Shown one piece after another: positions 25,194 through 39,603 of a stretch of DNA of 64,000 nucleotides. Each line of letters opens with the position of its first letter. The first letter of the stretch is position 1. The notes below the pieces were generated by a model, which worked only from the letters and a program-made list of their open reading frames with translations, had not been told where the DNA came from and searched no databases. Position numbers and translations under genes: made by a program. The stretch is from Octopus sinensis (lineage: Eukaryota), in the NCBI RefSeq assembly GCF_006345805.1, contig NC_043004.1:104036001-104100000 (forward strand), in the 5' to 3' direction.

Positions 25194-25926
25194 TAATAAT
25201 AATAAATGTCTTGATGCAATACTGATTGGAAGTGTTATCATGTACATGTTTTCTCTTGGTGTAAAAGATGCGGAGTAGATATTAATTTTTAATAAACAAT
25301 ATTAATTCGTTGCGGGCGAAATTTTGTTTTCATTTGCAACAGTCTTAGCGGTTCGTAACATAGCGGTTCGGTAAAAAAGACCGATAGAATAAGCACTAGG
25401 CTTACAAAGAATAAGTCCTGGGGTCCATTTGTTCGACTAAAGGCGGTACTCCAGTATGGCCGCAGTGAAATGATTGAAACAAATAAAAGAATAAAATTGA
25501 TTTTGTTGGTATGGCTGTTTGGAACGCTGTAAGCCTTAAAATAATAACTAACAGACCAAACGTAGTTGGGTTACTTTGATGTTTGCTTAAATTAGAGATA
25601 TATTACAACTACGATAAATGACTGAAAGAAATATTTACTAAGCAAGTGAGATTTTTTATAAACTGAAGTTTTCAGGAAAATTTACTTTCTGAACTTCCTT
25701 TTATTATCAAATATTTCAAGTTCACATATGTAAATATTCGGTACAAGATAGTTTTTAACGAGCTTTTCTTTATACAAATTTTCATTTCATGTTTATTTCA
25801 TTCATTGTTTGCAATGTTCTCTCTTCCCCCTCTCTCTTCTCTCTTCTCTCTCTCTCTCTCTCACACACAGACATACACACACACTGTCTCTCTATTATAA
25901 ACACAAATATCACATAAAAATTTTGC

Positions 25927-25969
<43 letters not shown>

Positions 25970-26534
25970 GTCTCTAATTGTTTTCATTAATAATAATTCA
26001 CTGAATATATATTCATTGCAATTTTTTTCATTTCAAGTTTTTTTTTTCATCATTTCAGATGAGGAAATCAGGTATTTTGTTGACTTAAATTTGCCGTGTA
26101 TACATACTGGAAAAAAATTATATCTGACAGCTTATTAAAACTTCCTGAAGCTTCGAACTCATGTGACTTATTTCCTTTTCGTCGTTAATAAGAATTATCA
26201 AGTGAATTTGTAACTATCACTATTTGATAAGCTATAGGTATTAAAATATTTGTATGTGATCGCTGCTATATTTTTTCACACTAAACGTAGTTGTACTACC
26301 TTGATGTTTGTTTAAAAAAGAGAGATTATGACTGTAATAAATTATTGAAAGCAATATTTGCTAAGCAAGTGAGTACTATTATACAAAGAAGCAATTAGAC
26401 GTAAAATATCATAAAAATTATTAGAATTGGGAATTAAATGTGAAAATATTATTAAATGGCTAGCAAAAAACCGCCCGGAGGGTGGTCTTTCTGCTAGTAT
26501 ATATAGATAGCTAGTATATATAGATAGACAGTAT

Positions 26535-26604
<70 letters not shown>

Positions 26605-27090
26605 GTGGGTGTATTTATGTATGTATATATATACATAAATATATAAAGCGCTTGTATATGTGTGTGTATTTGTGTAGTTGTGTATGTATGCGTGTGTATG
26701 TTTATGTATACAAACACACAGGCATACGTACATACACACATACATGTTTGTATTCTTATCAACTTATTCGTATATTATTTTGCAATCGTTCCCTGACTAC
26801 CAAAGAAAACTGCTACTTACTATGGTTACAGACTGGTTAGTTGTTGAAGGGGTTACATGTTATTAAAGACCATTTACATTTTGGGGGGAAAACACTAAGT
26901 GTGACAGCTTACGGACATACGCCCACTTATTATTATTATGAGAAGGATTATGATAGCGCTTATCTAATCCAGACTGCAAGCACATCGTTTCAGCTGCTTA
27001 AGAAATATTCTGGTCTCAGTTTATGGAAACCATCACTGGACATAAAACGAGTAAATATTCTTATAGGCTCTTCTCTGAGTAACAGACATG

Positions 27091-27505
27091 AGATCTTTTC
27101 GGTTTTTTAAAAATAATTTCCACGTAACTAAACATTTTAAAACTTCGTATACTGGTAGAATGTGTTTATAAAACATCTTTTTCTCTTGGCTTTATTGAGA
27201 AAATTCTATAGTTTGTAAGATATTTGTTGTTTGTTTTTCTTCAGTTTCTGTAATTTCAACCAATCAATGACCTCTATTGAGGTGAAAACATTCTGTGCCG
27301 TATGAATATGTCCCTCGTTTAAGAAACAGATTGGGTTTATTTACATTTCGGAAGAAAAAAAGATACCCTTCCCCCACCTCTAACCCTAACTAACCCTAAC
27401 CCTAAAACAGATTGAAACGCAATAGATCGATACTAGGGTCATAATTATGGATGACGATTTCATACGACACCACTAGAAAAACTGCCGTTCAAACCGAAAA
27501 TATCC
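27091..27505. mobile_element. Second, inverted copy of the TTAGGG-bearing MITE
   Basis: Reverse complement of 19153-19590; partial left TIR; degenerate TSD cagacatg / cagatatg. Confidence 0.88.
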
Positions 27506-27784
27506 TCAGATATGTATTAATTCTTCTTTTTGAAATAGTGAATTTCCAAGCACATAAAAACTATAAATAAAAGCAAATAAATATTGGGTAGAAAATCACT
27601 TTTGGAGGTTAGTAAAAAGACTTTACGTGTGCTTCGAAATTCACTATTCCAAAAACAAAAAAATCAAATTATTTCACATCATGTCGACAGTTTATAAAAA
27701 TTCTTATGATGTCAGCAGGTACGTATGCACGGTTTTATAAATATTTTCCTCTCAAAGACATAGGCATATTCAAGTACACATAAA

Positions 27785-27829
<45 letters not shown>

Positions 27830-28039
27830 CGTATGTGTGTGCCCGTGTGTGTCTCTCTGTGTGTGCGTGTGTGCGTGCGTATGTGTGTGCCCGTGTGTGT
27901 GTCTGTGTGCGTGTGTGTCTGTGTGCGTGTGTGTGTGTCTGTGTGTGTATGTGTAAGTATACATGTATATGTATATAATGTATTACACTCTCTCTCTCTA
28001 TCTCTATCTCACACACACACATATATACACTTACATATA

Positions 28040-28475
28040 TACGAGGTCTGATCAATAAGTATCCGGACTGTTGTGATAGTAACGAAGCTAAAACACACAG
28101 AATGGAGCCGCTTGGAAAAGATTGGCGGTGAACTCTGTCGTGCATGCGCATTGAGTTTTAACGTTGTAGCTCATTTTCGCTGTTTACAGCAGTGCTTGGA
28201 AGTAACGTGTGTAGCGTGTGATCATCGCATTGACCATGACAGAGAAAGATACCTGTTCAGAAGTCTACGCAAAGTTGCAGAAAGTGTATGGAGAGGAGTG
28301 TATGAGCCGCACACAAGTGTACGAGTGGTTCATACGCTTCCAAGATGGCCGAAAAATGTCGGTATTGACGATGGTTCTGGGAGGCCCGCGACCAGCAGAA
28401 CTGAGAAAAACATCGCAGATGTGCGTGCACTTTGAAGGAAATTGTCGAATCACCATCCGTGATTTATCAGAGAAT
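28040..28475 (+). mobile_element. Mariner transposon 5' fragment (TIR + N-terminal HTH), frameshifted
   Basis: tacgaggtctgatcaataagtatccggac TIR; EVYAKLQKVYGEECMSRTQVYEWFIRFQDGR and DDGSGRPATSRTEKNIADV. Confidence 0.88.
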
Positions 28476-29075
28476 GTTGACTATAGTGCTGCTATACCAG
28501 TCATTGGGTATGACTCCTTCGTGTATCACCTGGTTAACTATACGGGTGACTAGGCTATAGCCGACACTGCCAGATATTTTGAGCATCTCTGCAGTGATTC
28601 TTGATGGGCCTGGGGCTTTTCCTGTCTTCTTACTCTTAATTGCTTTATCTAGGTACTGTCAATTCGGATAGCTGGTCCCTCTGTTGGGTCGACATTCTGC
28701 AGACTCTCTTTCTCCCATTCATTCTCTTTATTGAGCAACCCTTCATAGTGGCGTCTCCAAATTTCTCTCTTTGCAGCCTCGTTTAGTGCAAGCGAACCAT
28801 CATCCACGCGGACACATTTCTCTCCTATAACATCACAATTCTCTCTCACACACAGTCTTGCAACACGAAATACCTCGAGTCTTTGGTCCTCACAGCGCAG
28901 AACATTGGCAAATTTTTTTCTTATCTGCTTCCCCTCTGGCTAAATAAACCTGTCTCCTAGCTTCCCTTCAGGCAGTCTGATACAATTCCCTACTACCACC
29001 GTTCTTCCAGTCCTTCCAAGCCTGATTCTTTTCCCTAATAGCCCTTGTTGTTGGTCTACTACAACGTTACATTTG
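28474..29075 (-). mobile_element. RTE-clade LINE fragment (linker into RT), truncating the mariner
   Basis: AIREKNQAWKDWK..RENCDVIGEKCVR..WRRHYEGLLNKENEW..KAIKSKKTGKAPGPS..ITAEMLK. Confidence 0.85.
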
Positions 29076-29271
29076 GATGAATGGATCTCCGTCAGTTTCG
29101 ACGATGAGGATTCAAATATTGGATCAACTGAACTACCAACTCATTGAATTTATTAGTGGCTGCATGAAATGTCAACAAACCATGCAGGTATAGCGAACCC
29201 GGTCTTCGTTATTTGCGAAGCGAACTTCTAAGCTATTCGGCCATAATGCGCCTACACACAAACACACACAC

Positions 29272-29682
29272 TCTTTTACTCTTTTACTAGTTTCAGTCAT
29301 TTGACTGCGGCCATGCTGGAGCACAGCCTTTAGTCGAGCAAATCGACCCCAGGACTTATTCTTTGTAAGTCCAGTACTTATTCTATCGTTCTCTTTTGCC
29401 GAACCGCTAAGTGACGGGGGCATAAACACACCAGCATCGGTTGTCAAGCAATGCTAGGGGGACAAACACAGACACACAAACACACACACGCCCACATATA
29501 TATACATACATATATACGACGGGCTTCTTTCAGTTTCCGTCTACCAAATCCACTCACAAGGCATTGGTCGGCCCAGGGCTACAGCAGAAGACACTTGCCC
29601 AAGGTGCCACGCAGTGGGACTGAACCCGGAACCATGTGGTTGGTAAGCAAGCTACTTACCACACAGCCACTCCTGCGCCTAT
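29272..29682 (-). mobile_element. SINE family A, full length
   Basis: Reverse complement of the 6463-6910 type. Confidence 0.92.
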
Positions 29683-29838
29683 TACACATAAACACTGAAT
29701 TTTTAGAGACAACGGTTTTTGATAAGATTCAGAACGAGAAACACACACACACACACACATACACACACACACACACACATGCACACACACACACACGCAT
29801 GCACACACGCACAAACACGCGCGCGCGCACACACGCAC

Positions 29839-29872
<34 letters not shown>

Positions 29873-30145
29873 CACACCTCCTTCAATTTAAACGTTTTAC
29901 GGCAACAACGTTAAAGCAAAAAAGCTACAAGAGCTTCGACGGTGCCAATTTATTTCTATATCTGCATGTGATGTGTATGGGTGCGTGCGGGCGTGTGTGT
30001 GCGTGTGCATGTGTGCGTGTGTGTGTGTGTGTGAGTGCGTGTGTGTGTGTGTGCGTGTGCGTGTGTGTGTGTGTGTGCGTACGTGTGTGTGTGCGTGTGT
30101 GTGCGTGTGTGTTTGTGTGTTTGTGTGTGTGTGTGCGTGTGTGTG

Positions 30146-30200
<55 letters not shown>

Positions 30201-30504
30201 GTGTGTGTGTGTGCGTGCGTGTGTGTGCGTGTGTGTGTGTATTTGTGTGTGTGTGTGTGTATGTGTTTGTGTGTGTGTGTGTGTGTGCGTGTGTGTGTGT
30301 GTGTGCGTGCGCGTGTGTGCGTGTGTGTGTGTATTTGTGTGTGTGTGTGTGTGTGTTTCTCGTTCTGAATCTTATCAAAAACTGTTGTCTCTAAAAATTC
30401 TGTTTTTAGTGGTTCACAGCTGACAGGTCTGTTCACGGTCGGCTTCCTTTCGCTTGGGTCTTGTTAAAGCCGACATTCCAAGTTCGATCTGACGTGACTT
30501 AAAC

Positions 30505-30576
<72 letters not shown>

Positions 30577-30659
30577 TTATGCCTTTATTATTAATTTCTG
30601 CACAACTGGGACACACTTTTTAAAACAAAACAATTTTCAAGTTTAGCTACAAACTAGGT

Positions 30660-30672
30660 TTGATTATTTATC

Positions 30673-30736
<64 letters not shown>

Positions 30737-30755
30737 TATTATTATTATTATCATG

Positions 30756-30797
<42 letters not shown>

Positions 30798-30893
30798 TAT
30801 ATTATTATTAGTATTATTATTACTATTATTATTATTATTATTATTGAGTGAGAGAGCAGTTCATGCCATCAAAGTGACACTGGGGTATTTATC

Positions 30894-30982
<89 letters not shown>

Positions 30983-30986
30983 CATG

Positions 30987-31036
<50 letters not shown>

Positions 31037-31075
31037 TATTATTATTATTATTATTACTATTATTATTATTATTAC

Positions 31076-31120
<45 letters not shown>

Positions 31121-31188
31121 CATCATTATTATTATTATTATCATTATATTATTATTATTACTATTATTATTACTATTATTATTATATA

Positions 31189-31228
<40 letters not shown>

Positions 31229-31291
31229 TATTATTATTATTATTATCATCATTATTATTATTATTATCATTATTATTACTATTATTATTAC

Positions 31292-31345
<54 letters not shown>

Positions 31346-31398
31346 CATTGTTATTGTTATTGTTATTATTATTATTATTATTATTATCATTATTGTTG

Positions 31399-31448
<50 letters not shown>

Positions 31449-31468
31449 TATTATTATTATTATTATTA
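30660..31468. repeat. ~800-bp (ATT)n array with variant triplets
   Basis: Direct reading. Confidence 0.97.
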
Positions 31469-31884
31469 TCGTGCGGTTGAAACTAAACAGATACATTTTC
31501 ACCACTTTCCCGGGGTCGGGTAGAATGAAACAGAATGGATATACATGAATATCCATGAACATGCTAATACCGCTATTTCTCAGCAACCAATAGAATTATT
31601 CTATCTACTTTCGCTAATGTTGTTGATATCCTCCATTTTTTTTTTCTAATGTGATCCGGGCTTCGCATTTCTCTGCCTGACATTAGGCATGTATAGGACG
31701 TTAAAACATAGGAAACATTTTAAAGCAGATTATAAAAGTCGCCTGTGTGCAATAAACGACTCTAAAACCAGTCAATTTGATCGATTGCTTTAGTTTCGGA
31801 CATTTTTCACGAACCATCTTTTTTTTTTTTCGTTTTTAGTTTTATGGAAGAATCCTTTTTAAGGGATTCAGAATTTATATTTTC

Positions 31885-31971
<87 letters not shown>

Positions 31972-32349
31972 TGTGTGTGTGTGTCTGTGTGTGTGTGTGT
32001 GTCTGTGTGTGTGTGTGTGTGTCCGTGTGTGTGTGTCTGTGTGTGTGTGTGTGTCTGTGTGTGTGTCTGTGTGTCTGTGTGTTTGTGTGTGTGTCTGTGT
32101 GTTTGTGTGTGTGTTTGTGTGTGTGTGTGTGTATGCTTTTATCTGTGCTACAGAAGTAACATTGTAAAAAAGTTTATTATCTTTATTACTAGGAGAGGAA
32201 GACGGATGGTGAATGTATTGGTGTATTCGATATGTATCTCGTTTCGCTCAGAGTTCAAATCTTGCTGAAGCCAACCATGTCCTTTATTCTTCCATTCGGT
32301 TTTCGTGCCTATCCTCACCTTTGGTCATGAATGTCGGGTAATGACCGAA

Positions 32350-32750
32350 AGGGGGACGATCGTGAATACAAGCGACATAAATGGGTTTCCTCCAAAATAT
32401 CTCTGGACAAACGTTACTTGATAGGGGGCATTACCTGAGGATCAAGGAGTCACTCCAGGTCGATCCGCTACTTTTTCACACTAAGAGGTCTCGGCTCTGG
32501 TACTACGGACATGTGATTAGAATGTCGCAGAAAACAATTGCAAGACAGATTCTTCGAGGTGAGCCAGTCAGCAGGAAACCTAAAGGTAGACCAAGAACAA
32601 GATGGTGAAATGATATACATCGTCTCAGTTGGTTGCACTTGGGAATCCATAAGTCTAATGATGTTTGCTTCTAGTATGATCCCTTAAAGGAGATGCTTGA
32701 GGACTCTACTCCCACGACCTTCTCACGAATAATGGGTGGAGATCATGGAT
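32350..32750 (+). mobile_element. RTE-type LINE 3' fragment
   Basis: RLWYYGHVIRMSQKTIARQILRGEPVSRKPKGRPRTRW motif. Confidence 0.8.
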
Positions 32751-32806
32751 GAATCGCTTCAACTGGGATCGATTCAATCGACTAACTCCTCACCTACACA
32801 CACACA

Positions 32807-32844
<38 letters not shown>

Positions 32845-33574
32845 TTTCTAGCCTTGTGCCTATATTTCACATTATTTTATGTAGGCGAACTGAACAAATA
32901 TTTAGTGTCGGACAAAACACGATGCAGTGTTTTCGTTCTGAGTTTAAATACCTCTAACATCGACTTTGTCTTTCATCCCACCCAGGTTAATAAAATAAAA
33001 TACCAGTCGAAAACTGGATGCGATTTGGTCTACCCTAAATATTTGGCCTTCTGCCTATGCTAGAAAAGATTACTATTAGAGCAACAAAAGTTGTTAAATG
33101 GCTGAAATAACGTCATAGGCTTCTTCCATTTGATAACTGAAGGTTTCATCTCTCTCCTTTGTTACCTTAGTAATATCAAAATATATATTTAGAATATTTT
33201 CTTTACGTCCTGAGTCGAAATCTTGTCGATATCACTCTTGTTCTTCATCCTTATGAGATCGATAAAATACACTACAATTCAATCAGTGAAATTGATTTGA
33301 TTAACTCTTCTCTTTTAATCTATATATCTGTCTTGAATCTACGTTATAATTCCCAATTACAAGAATTTCGAAGTAACAATGGCTGGAAGAGGCGGCAAAA
33401 CAGCGGTTTTAGTTACGTTCTGAGGTTAAATCCTGTCTTTTAATCCCTATGGAGTCGATGAAAAGGAAAGAAAATGAGTAATTACATCGCCTAGCCTAGT
33501 TGTGGCTAGTTATATTTTAACGTCCAATGTTTAACTTTCGCTTAATCTTTCTTTTCATATTTCTGATGCTAACA

Positions 33575-33945
33575 GGCGTGGCTGTGTAGTGAGAAGTTTG
33601 CTTCGTAATCACATAGTCTGGGGTTGAGTCCCATTGCGTAGTACCTTAGTCAAGTATTTTTGTACTTATAACCTCGGTCAAACCAAAAACCTTCTGAGTG
33701 GATCTGGCAGACGGAAACTAAAAGAAGCCCATCGTATATGTGTGTTTCTTTTTGTTCTTCACCCGCACCGCTCGACAACCGGTGTTGGTTGGTATACGAC
33801 CCCACAACTCGGCAAAAAGAAAATGATCGAATAAGTACTCGACTTCACAAAAATAAGTACTGGGGTCGATTTGTTCGATTAAACCTTTCCAGGTGGTGCC
33901 TCAGCATGGCTGCAGTCCAATGACTGCGCACAAGTTAAAAGATAA
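33575..33945 (+). mobile_element. Diverged SINE family A
   Basis: ggcgtggctgtgtagtgagaagtttgc..cagacggaaactaaaagaagccc..cagcatggctgcagtc. Confidence 0.8.
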
Positions 33946-34185
33946 GTATATAAATACCAGTTATACACTAAAATAAAAGTACTCAATAGTCAGTTACGTG
34001 GTATGGTTGGCCGTTAATGTGATGTGTGTGTGTGAGAGAGAATGAAAGAGAGAGAAACGATGTACTAATGTACTCTAATTAGACGTTATCTTTTGATTTG
34101 ATTTTTGTCAAAAGCAAACTCATGTCCGGTTTCACACTCTTTATGTCCGTGAAAATTTGCTTTGATTTAATGTATGCTACTTGAA

Positions 34186-34510
34186 CATAGGTTCTCAAAG
34201 TGGACGCTACTGCCCCCCCCCCTCCAGTGGGCGTTGAGACGGTTCAGGTGGGCGTTGGGGGACAGTAGAGAAAAAGGAGGCGTTAGGAGAAAGGCAGTGG
34301 ATTGGGGGACGCTATGAATTTATTATGATATTATTATGCTATTGTATACAAATTATATAATACATTAATACATTAAATATCAAATGATTCATAGCATATA
34401 TAAATTAGTAAAATACAAAATATTTATTTATACATAAAAGTAGGGGTGGGACACTGAGGGTATTGTGTGGCTATGAGGGGGCGGTGGCCCAAAAAGTTTG
34501 AGAACCTCTG
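34186..34510. mobile_element. hAT (Charlie-like) MITE
   Basis: TIRs cataggttctcaaagt / agtttgagaacctctg; 8-bp TSD tacttgaa / tactagaa. Confidence 0.85.
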
Positions 34511-36149
34511 TACTAGAACAATGGTCTTTTACCCGCCCCCACCCGTCGCAGATCTATTCCTATTGCAATTACCATCCCATCGTTATCACCCTCTCTTGCT
34601 CTACAATCGATCCTCTTTACTATCTTTAAAATGATGGAAATAGTCAAACAGTTTTCAATAACCATTAGTGCCATTTTTGTAATATGATTCGATTCTATTC
34701 CTTAGGTTTTACACTGATAAGCTCTCGCCTTTAAGGGTTTGGGCGAAAGCAATACTGATGTTCCTGAGAGCAGCGAAGTCCTTACCTGAAAGTAAGCTTC
34801 CTAGTGGCCATCGGTCATAGGTCTCTTTGATAAAAGGTCGATATACAACAAAACAGCAACATAACTTAAATACAAAGGAACTTATACGTAGTAGCGCACC
34901 GTCCTGGAAAAAGGAGCTAAATTTCCCTCAAATCACACAGGACCATCTTCAAAGAATTCTCACAAGGAAATAGGATCCAAAATAGGTTAAATCTACAAAA
35001 ACATGATGGGTTGGGTGGTCACGGTTGGAATACTATTGATCATATGTCTACTTGGTCAAGGCCAACCTTGTGCTAAACAACGACTATAATCACCTAGACT
35101 TTAGTTTTGATGGTGTTGGACAAACATGGCGATTTTCGACAACTGAACATACGGCGGCCTTTAAAGTGATCGCCATCCCTCAAATATCCTCACTACCACC
35201 ACCACCACCGTCCTCATCACCATCTAAAATCTTAGGGAAGGAACGAGACACTGGATGAAATGGCCCGTGGCAATAGTAGAAGATACTAACCCCAAAGCTG
35301 TATTGGGATTTCATCAGCGTTAATTATAGACCGAGTTTTTAACTGTCCACGGAAACTGCTTACAAATCTACTATTACTAAAGGAAGGCTTAGATAAATCA
35401 CTATATCCGCTTTATTTAAGCTGTTAAGTAATTGTTCATTTATAAGCGGTGTCTGATCCTTCATTTTGTTCACGCGGATATAGCAAATACAGACAAGCTG
35501 TTTACATCTGTCTATACATAGGATGTTGTTTAAAAATCTATAGGTGCGGCGGAAGTCCTGCTTTTCCTCCACGTGGTTTCGGGTTCAGTGTTACTGTGTA
35601 CCGCCTTGAATGAGTGCCTTTGCCCTGGCCCAAGGCCAACCAAAGATTTGTGAGCGGATTTGGTAGATGGAAACTGAAAGAAGTCCGTACTGTCGTGAAT
35701 TGCTCGAAATGTGGAGTATATAAACAGTCGACATCTGATGAAGGGTCGTTCTTTATGTTATTTGTCTTGTTTTCCATTTCTTTCTCTCATTGTTCGCATA
35801 CCCAGGTTAGCCTTCGCATTCCATGTTTTCGTATTTTGTAATCTATGTCGTTTCCGTATTTCATGTTGTTTACATTTTGTGACGTCCTGTACCTATATAT
35901 GCACACACACACACACACACAAATATATATATGTACATATGTGTATGTATATATGTACATATGTGTATGTATATATGCATATATATATTATTTATATCAT
36001 ATTATATTTTATATATATATATATATATATAAATTATATATATATATTATATATATATATTATTTATATTATATTTTATATATATATATATATATATAAT
36101 ATATTATTTATATTATATATATATATTATTTATATTTTATATATTATAA

Positions 36150-36765
36150 AACTTAGATAAACTTAGATATGTTTCGACCAATGATTGGTCCAGGCCATGT
36201 CTAACTTAATAGCACCACCTGATAGGATTATTTGAATCCTGTTTAAGTCAAGTTTTGTTTATGGTCCATTCAAGTAGTGAGTTTTTGTTGGGTGAATTGT
36301 ATCCAATTATGGGTGGCTTATCTGGTATTCCTTGAAGGAATCTATCCAGACTCCGTTTAAAGTTGATGGGATCCTGTTCCTCTTTGATCTCTTTCGGGGC
36401 AATGTTAAATAGGGCAGGGCCTGTTGAGGAAAAGAAAATGTGTTGTAGTGTACATGTATGCTGTGATCTTGAATTGGGCAGGGGACGTATGGCCCGTGGT
36501 CCCAGTCTTGGATGAACCTTGAAGCTAATGTTTTGTTTGGGCAAAGTTGGTGGTATATTCTCCACATCGTATAAATGATGAACCGCTCACGGCGACGCTG
36601 GGGAGAGTAGAGTTTCAAGGCTTTAAGGCGATCCCAATAATCGAGAGTAGCCATGCCTTCAATTCGTTTAGTGAGTGCTCTCTGGGGTGATTCAATCCTC
36701 GAGATGTTTTGTCTTGTATGGGGAGACCACAGTGGGCAGCAGTATTCGAGGTGTGGCCGTACAAA
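36150..36765 (-). mobile_element. CR1-clade LINE 3' end with 3' UTR hairpin and short tandem tail
   Basis: FVRPHLEYCCPLWSP..QRALTKRIEGMATLDYWDRLKALKLYSPQRRRER..FKRSLDRFLQGIPDKP; gaccaat-c-attggtc hairpin; atctaagttt repeats. Confidence 0.88.
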
Positions 36766-36806
36766 TATATAACCAAAAAATAAGCAACAAGAATGGATCC
36801 GGTAAT

Positions 36807-36891
36807 TTAGTACAATTGTTTCATACTATAACAATTTATTAAAGCTACAAATATTACAGCAAATATAATATGTCAAGTAATCTTCAGCTAA
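36807..36891 (-). ncRNA. Type I hammerhead motif, diverged relative of 4644-4729
   Basis: ttag-CTGAAGA-ttact..agtat-GAAAC-aatt-GTA-ctaa; flanks (aaaataagcaacaagaatg..ccggt) shared with 4615-4640. Confidence 0.72.
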
Positions 36892-37105
36892 TTTCATATA
36901 GGTTTTCCAATAACGTAAAGTTCTTAAATCAATTAGTAACATCCTAGAGAGTGTAAATATACCGATAAAGTTGTAGATGTGAGTTTCAGGAACTTGAAAT
37001 AGGATGCCGGGCAAACCAAGATTGGGTTCATATATGTTTTCCAACAATGTAAAGTTCTCAAATCAATTAGTAACATCCCAGAGAAGATAAAAATACCGAT
37101 AAAGT

Positions 37106-37142
<37 letters not shown>

Positions 37143-37623
37143 CCTCTACCGAAAAGGTAACCGCTTCCCACGCCTGCTGATCAATTGTTTTGTCTCATTT
37201 TGTCTCAAAGTCGTAAGACACCCCCGTATCATTCCTGTTTTTATTCGTTACTGTTTCCAATTTTATCTTCGTCTTTTGCTTTCCTATTCGTCTCGGTTGT
37301 CACATTCTTTCCTTCTACCAAGCAAATCTAATGCCCATAGCTTAGCTTTTCCTTGGGGCTGGCCTTTTCGGAGCAAATCTCAGAATTAAACAGCCGAAAT
37401 TTGCCATGATGAATCGGTTTCTGACTGAAGAATGAAGGCTCTGAATTACTGTCCGTTTTTCCGTGTTTATCAATTCGTGAATTTCACGTTCTTTATATAT
37501 AAGTTTTATTATATAATATATTATATATATATATATAATTATATTATATATATATATTATTTATATTATATTATATATATATATATATTATATTATATAT
37601 ATATATATTATTTATATATTTAT

Positions 37624-37660
<37 letters not shown>

Positions 37661-37663
37661 TAT

Positions 37664-37723
<60 letters not shown>

Positions 37724-37739
37724 AGGTGTGTGTGTGTGT

Positions 37740-39392
37740 ATCTGTGTCTGTATTCGTGATTATCCCCTCCACCGCTTAATAACCGATGTTAACTTGTTTA
37801 CATCTCCGTGACATAGCAGTTCGGCAAAAAAAAAAAAAGAAAGAAGGATCAAATAAGTACCAGACTTAAAATAATAGGAACTGATGTCGGTTTGCTCGAC
37901 TGAACCTTTCAAAGCGGTGCCCCAGCATGGCCGTAGACTAATGACGAACACAAACAAAATATAAAAGATGTATTCTGTTGTACAATACAGCATTGAAATA
38001 CAAATATTATTGACTCGCCAGTAATTTATGCATCAAAGAAACAACCGAGAACATGTTCTATGTACAAATTGTCTCAAGTCCTTAGCAATGGTGTGTTTAT
38101 AAGCAGAGACTTAACGAGGAAGGCAAAGAGTGTGCTCACCAGCTAATACATTCTCAACACAAAATTGAATCTAGTCTGGCTAATATCTTTATATATAAAA
38201 GTAAGGTTGTGTGCTGTCTGTCTCCTACGATTTAGATTCCTAACTACTCCCACATTTTGCGGTGCAGTGTAACCAAAAGCGAGTATCTTATAGTCGTGAT
38301 TCATATCGAGCCCTTCTGGGTATTAGCGCACGTCTACGATGAATCTACGATTAAAAAAAAATTTACCTTCATTTTTTCCCATTTTTAATGCATTTTTTTC
38401 TATTATATAAGGGAAGTAACTCTCTAAAAATGTATTATTAAATCTCAGAACGTAAAAAGCTACAGTAACACCCCACTTTGTGGTTATCCATATTGAGATG
38501 GCTATTATACTTTACATCTCTAAAAATGCTTATATAGTTATTTCCATTACAAACCCGAGCAACGCCGGGCGATACTGCTAGTTGTATATAAAGACAAGCT
38601 ATTTATATGTCTAAATGTTATAGACAGACATAAATAGCTTGTTATATACAATCTCAGCCAAACGATATGTAATAGGCAGACATGGCTCTGGGTTCAGTCC
38701 GACTGCGTGGCACCTTGGGTAAGTACCCTCTACCTTATCGTTTTGAGTCGACCAAGGCCTTGTGAGTGGATTTGACAGACGAAAACTAAAAGAAGCCCGT
38801 CGTATAAATTTTTGTGTGTTTATGTGTGTGTGTGTGTGTGTGTGTGTATGTGAGCAGTATGTGTATATATGTGTGCCTATGTTTTTCCGTCCCTCCACCG
38901 ATTGACAGTTGCTGTTGGTTCGACAAAAGCGATAGAATAAGAAAAGAATATGTACCAAACATCAAAAATAAGTGTTGGGGGGGGGGTCGATTTGTTTGTC
39001 TAAACACTTCAAGGCGGAACCCCAGCATGGCCAAAATATAATGACCGAAACAAATAAAAGGGAAAAACATACACCATATGCTTCAACTCAGTTTCCGTCA
39101 ACCAAATTCACTTTCAAAGTCGACTCGGGACTAATGTAAATGATCTTTGTCGAAGCTGCCGTGCAATGGGATTGAACCCGAAAACACATGGCTGCAAAAC
39201 GAGCTTCTTATAGGAACAGGCGTGGCTTATAGGTACACGCGTGGCTGTGTGGTAAGAAGCTTGCTTCCCAACCACATGGTTCCGTGTTCAGTCCTACTGC
39301 GCGGCACCCTGGGCAAATGTCTTCTACTATAGCCTCGGGCTGACCACAGCCTAGTGAGTGGATTTGGTAAACTGAAAGAAGCCCGTCGTATG
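37740..39392. mobile_element. Several diverged SINE family A copies (about 37740-37965 +, 38680-39060 +, 39085-39215 -, 39228-39392 +)
   Basis: Similarity to the family A head and tail. Confidence 0.75.
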
Positions 39393-39414
39393 CGTGTGTG
39401 TGTGTCTGTCTGTC

Positions 39415-39480
<66 letters not shown>

Positions 39481-39559
39481 TGTGTTTGTGTTGCTATCAC
39501 TGCTTAAACAATTAGCATAAACATACTCGATTCAAACAAGTCCTATAAATAATTATATG

Positions 39560-39603
<44 letters not shown>

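Noticed and set aside
35700-35770. Hammerhead at CTGATGAAGGG
   Set aside because: No downstream stem II/GAAA half
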